DNA of 62,764 nt, the filler included. It is 23 parts of 23 records of this genome, joined end to end, with 100 filler letters (N's around TTAATTAATTAA, not from the genome) between each part and the next. Parts side by side here need not be neighbours in the genome. Positions count along the whole stretch, not along the records: positions 59,732 to 62,764 come from SRR36015645_236831; 22 more parts are not named here. One strand, given 5' to 3'. A program made the position numbers and the translations under genes. This document shows, piece by piece, positions 59,733 through 62,764 of this stretch. How positions within the stretch are numbered: the first letter of the stretch is position 1; each line of letters opens with the position of its first letter. The notes beneath the pieces are model-generated. The model was not told the origin of the DNA. It saw nothing but the letters and a program-made list of their open reading frames with translations, and ran no database searches.

Positions 59733-62700
59733 ATGCTTCTAGGGATTGATGCCCTGCCGCATATACTCAGCCGCCAGGGCAGTCCGAAGTTTATCAGCAA
59801 CCTCGTGTTGACTCCTACGGTGCTCGGTTGGGTGATCTGTGGCTCGTATTCGGGCAAGAATCTGCAAAGCTCTTCTTTGGCTCCCGTCGTGCGTACAATG
59901 TGCCAAAGAAACCTAACTGCTGCTGAGGCTTGGTGGGAGTTGGATGCAGTGGGTATCACTCCTGCCTCAGAATCGGATGATTTCAATATCAATATTACTC
60001 GAAAGGAGGATCGCTATGAGGTTTCTCTTCCATGGGCTGGCCCGGAGCGCCCTAACTATTCTTTCGAGCAAGCGAAACTCCGTGGTAGGTCTTTCAATCG
60101 CCTACCTGATGGCCAGAAGGTTACATACATCGACTCTTTGAAAGAATGGATCGAACTTGGGGTGCTCGAAGATGCTCCGAGTACGAAAGGTGGGAGCTTC
60201 CTGCCACATCAGCGTGTGCTCCAGGGCGAGAACAATCTCAAGCTTCGAGTCGTTTTTGATGGTGCTGCGGTTCCCTGGAACGGGCGCAGTATTAATCAAT
60301 GCCTCCTGACGGGACCCAACATGATGAACGACCTGGTATCGATCTTGCTACGATTCCGTACTCACCGTATCGTAATTATAGCGGACGTCGAAAAAGCTTT
60401 CCTGATGGTCGGCATTCAGGAAGACGATCGGCAATACTTGAAAATAGTGTGGCGTTGTGGGAACGAGCTCAAGGTTTCTCAGTTTGCAAGGCTGCCATTT
60501 GGCCTCAATTCGTCGATAGCGATCCTGCACAAAGTTGTGCATACGCATATTGATACTCACTTTCCGCATCTGAAGTCCGTCCTAAAAGACTTCTACGTCG
60601 ACGATCTTGTCACTGGCTTCGATGACTTGGACAGTGCCAAGGAGTTTCACGACGAAATTGTTCCGATATTTGCTGAAGCGGGTATGAATCTTCGCAAATG
60701 GTCGTCCTCATCGGAGAATGCTCGTGCTGCATGGGGAGCTTCTTCGGAACCGACAAAGGTGTTAGGCCTCGGTTGGGTTCCTTCGGACGACTCGATTTCG
60801 GTATCTATCCGTCTGAGCTCGGAAAACTGCAAGCTTACGAAGAGGTCAATTCTGAAGCATATAGCAAAGATCTTCGACCCACTTGGATTGGCGTCTCCAT
60901 TCGTTATCCGATTGCGTATGATCTTCCAGGAATTGTGGTCGCTCAATGTTGGGTGGGACACCATAGTTCCCACTGAGATCGCTAATCGCTGGTTTGCTAT
61001 AGTGAGTGAATCGCAGATCACTCCTTTAGTCAGCTACCCTCGCAGAATCATAATATCGACCGACTCGGAGCTGCATGTCTTTGCCGATGCATCAACAAAG
61101 GCCTACGGTGCAGTCATGTACATCAAAACTGGGAATGCAGCAGCGTTTGTCATGTCGAAAGCGAGGCTTGCTCCTCTAAAGCCGGTTACATTGACGCTAC
61201 CCAGATTGGAGCTAATGGCAGCTCTAATAGCTGTTCGAATGGCCGAATTCGTTAGAGCCAACTGTCCACAGATGGAACATTGCAAGCGTCTCTTTTACTC
61301 GGACTCGATGGTAGTACTAGGCTGGATTCGCGGAAGCCCGAGAGAAGTCTTCGTGCGAAACCGGGTCCGCGAAATTCTCTTGAACACTTTGTCTGAGGAA
61401 TGGTCACATGTAGATGGAGTCAGCAACCCGGCAGATCTTCCGAGCCGGGGTGTGCCAGCAGAGGACCTGCAACACTCTTCCTTCTGGAGATATGGGCCGC
61501 TATTCCTTCAGGAGTCTTCTAGCTTGGAGTCTTCTACATGCATGGTGAACAAAGAAAAATGGGATGACACTCCGTTCGAGCCTCTATTTCCCGTTGAGCG
61601 CTGGAGCACCTTGGAAAAGAGTCTTAACGTTGTAGGTAGTGTTCAACGATTTGCTACAAAGCTCGCACCTCGATTCTCGGCCGTCGATCCTCTTGATGTG
61701 CTACTCAGTGAGGCCCAACGCGCTTCTGCTCCTCAAGAGTATTCCCGCCTCTGCAGTGGGAGAGATGTGCAGCCTACTTCGTTTCTTTGGGATTCGCGCC
61801 CTACTTGGGACTCCGAGCGCAGGCTGATCCTGTGCTCTCCGCGTAACCGTGAGGAATCCGTCCCTTGGCTACCTCACGATAGCCGATTATGTGTTCTAAT
61901 AGTCGAAAGTGTGCATCGTAATCTGTTCCATCAAGGAATCGCAACCACCTTGAGCGAGGTGGGACGGATGTACTGGTTGAAGAAGCCTTGCCGAACCATC
62001 AAGGCCATTCTCGGCAAATGTGTGTCTTGCCATCGGTTGCAAAGCCGGTCATTCTCCACTGCAGAGGGAGGACTGCCGTCGTTCCGTGTGACACCAAGCC
62101 AGCCCTTTGCCAACGCAGGCCTAGATCACTTTGGGCCTTTGCACACGCGCGATTGCGGGAAAGTATGGATTCTTCTATTTACCTGTGCCGTGGTTCGTGC
62201 GGTTCACCTCGAAGTGGTGGTTTCCTTGAGCGAGTATGAAACGATGCTCGGTATACGTCGGTTCAATGCTCGAAGGGGCATACAGAGCTTTACCTTCTAC
62301 AGCGACAACTTCACGTCTTTCCGGAGTCTTGCCCGACTGCTGAAAGGCAAGATTGTTTGGCGCTCGATCCCAGAAGGCGCTCCCTGGTGGGGAGGCTTTT
62401 GGGAGAGGATGGTGGGTACGGTGAAACGGGCATGCTATAAAACTCTGGGCAATGTCTGCCTGTCTCGCAGCGAGCTGCAAACCGTAATGTCGGAGGTTGA
62501 AGAGCGAATCAACCGTCGGCCATTAGCCAGGTACGAACTGGAAAATGATCCGATCACTCCGGCCCACTTCTTGTTTGGGTCGCCTCCGCCACCGTTGGTT
62601 CCAGCCTCCGTTCAGGATACCGTGGCAGAACCAGATCTCTCCAGCCGATGGAAGCATCGCTTACTCGTCAGCGAACGTCTTTGGTGTCGCTGGAGATGCG

Positions 62701-62764
62701 AATATCTCCAGACGCTCCGCAACTGGCACTCGTCCGTCAAAAGGACGATTACTCCACAGAAGGG
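59733..62764 (+). mobile_element. BEL/Pao pol (protease end, RT, RNase H, integrase), apparently open to the window end
   Basis: Manual translation from ATG 59733: MLLGID, TVLGWVICG, RYEVSLPW, FLPH, KLRVVFDG, LLRFR, ADVEKAF, LPFGL, FYVDD, IFDPLG, HVFADAS, LPRLELMAA, NPADLPSRG, DHFGP, SDN, WWGGFWERMV. Absent from the ORF track, consistent with no stop before the window ends. Confidence 0.93.

Overview
This window is not one locus. It is 23 unrelated short contigs (2-6 kb) joined by 22 artificial 100-nt spacers (N44-TTAATTAATTAA-N44, stop codons in all six frames), so no synteny can be read across a spacer. The content is animal-like, probably a marine invertebrate (inferred from GT-AG splice signals, metazoan genes and transposon families). 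Most contigs are transposable elements: two Tx1/L1-type LINE families, two AcademX-like (DDE plus XPG/PIN) transposases, a Crypton-like tyrosine recombinase, a DIRS/Ngaro-like element, a Ty3/gypsy pol, a Ty1/copia pol, two BEL/Pao pols, a P-element/THAP9 transposase and two hAT transposases. Host-gene fragments are a divergent IRP/aconitase, a SETD2-like exon, VPS13, PAN2, a proline-rich membrane protein and a putative microtubule-binding protein. The most unusual signals are: (i) a gap-free 51-bp hairpin whose 14 mismatches are all G-U on the minus strand, lying downstream of a solo LINE-ORF1-like gene and a tRNA-like unit; (ii) two homologous ~250-nt palindromes with compensatory changes just after an AcademX transposase; (iii) a PHD finger between RNase H and integrase in a gypsy pol; (iv) an IRP paralogue with an altered active site in one intron-free 2.25-kb block. 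All family calls come from motif recognition by eye; no database search was run.
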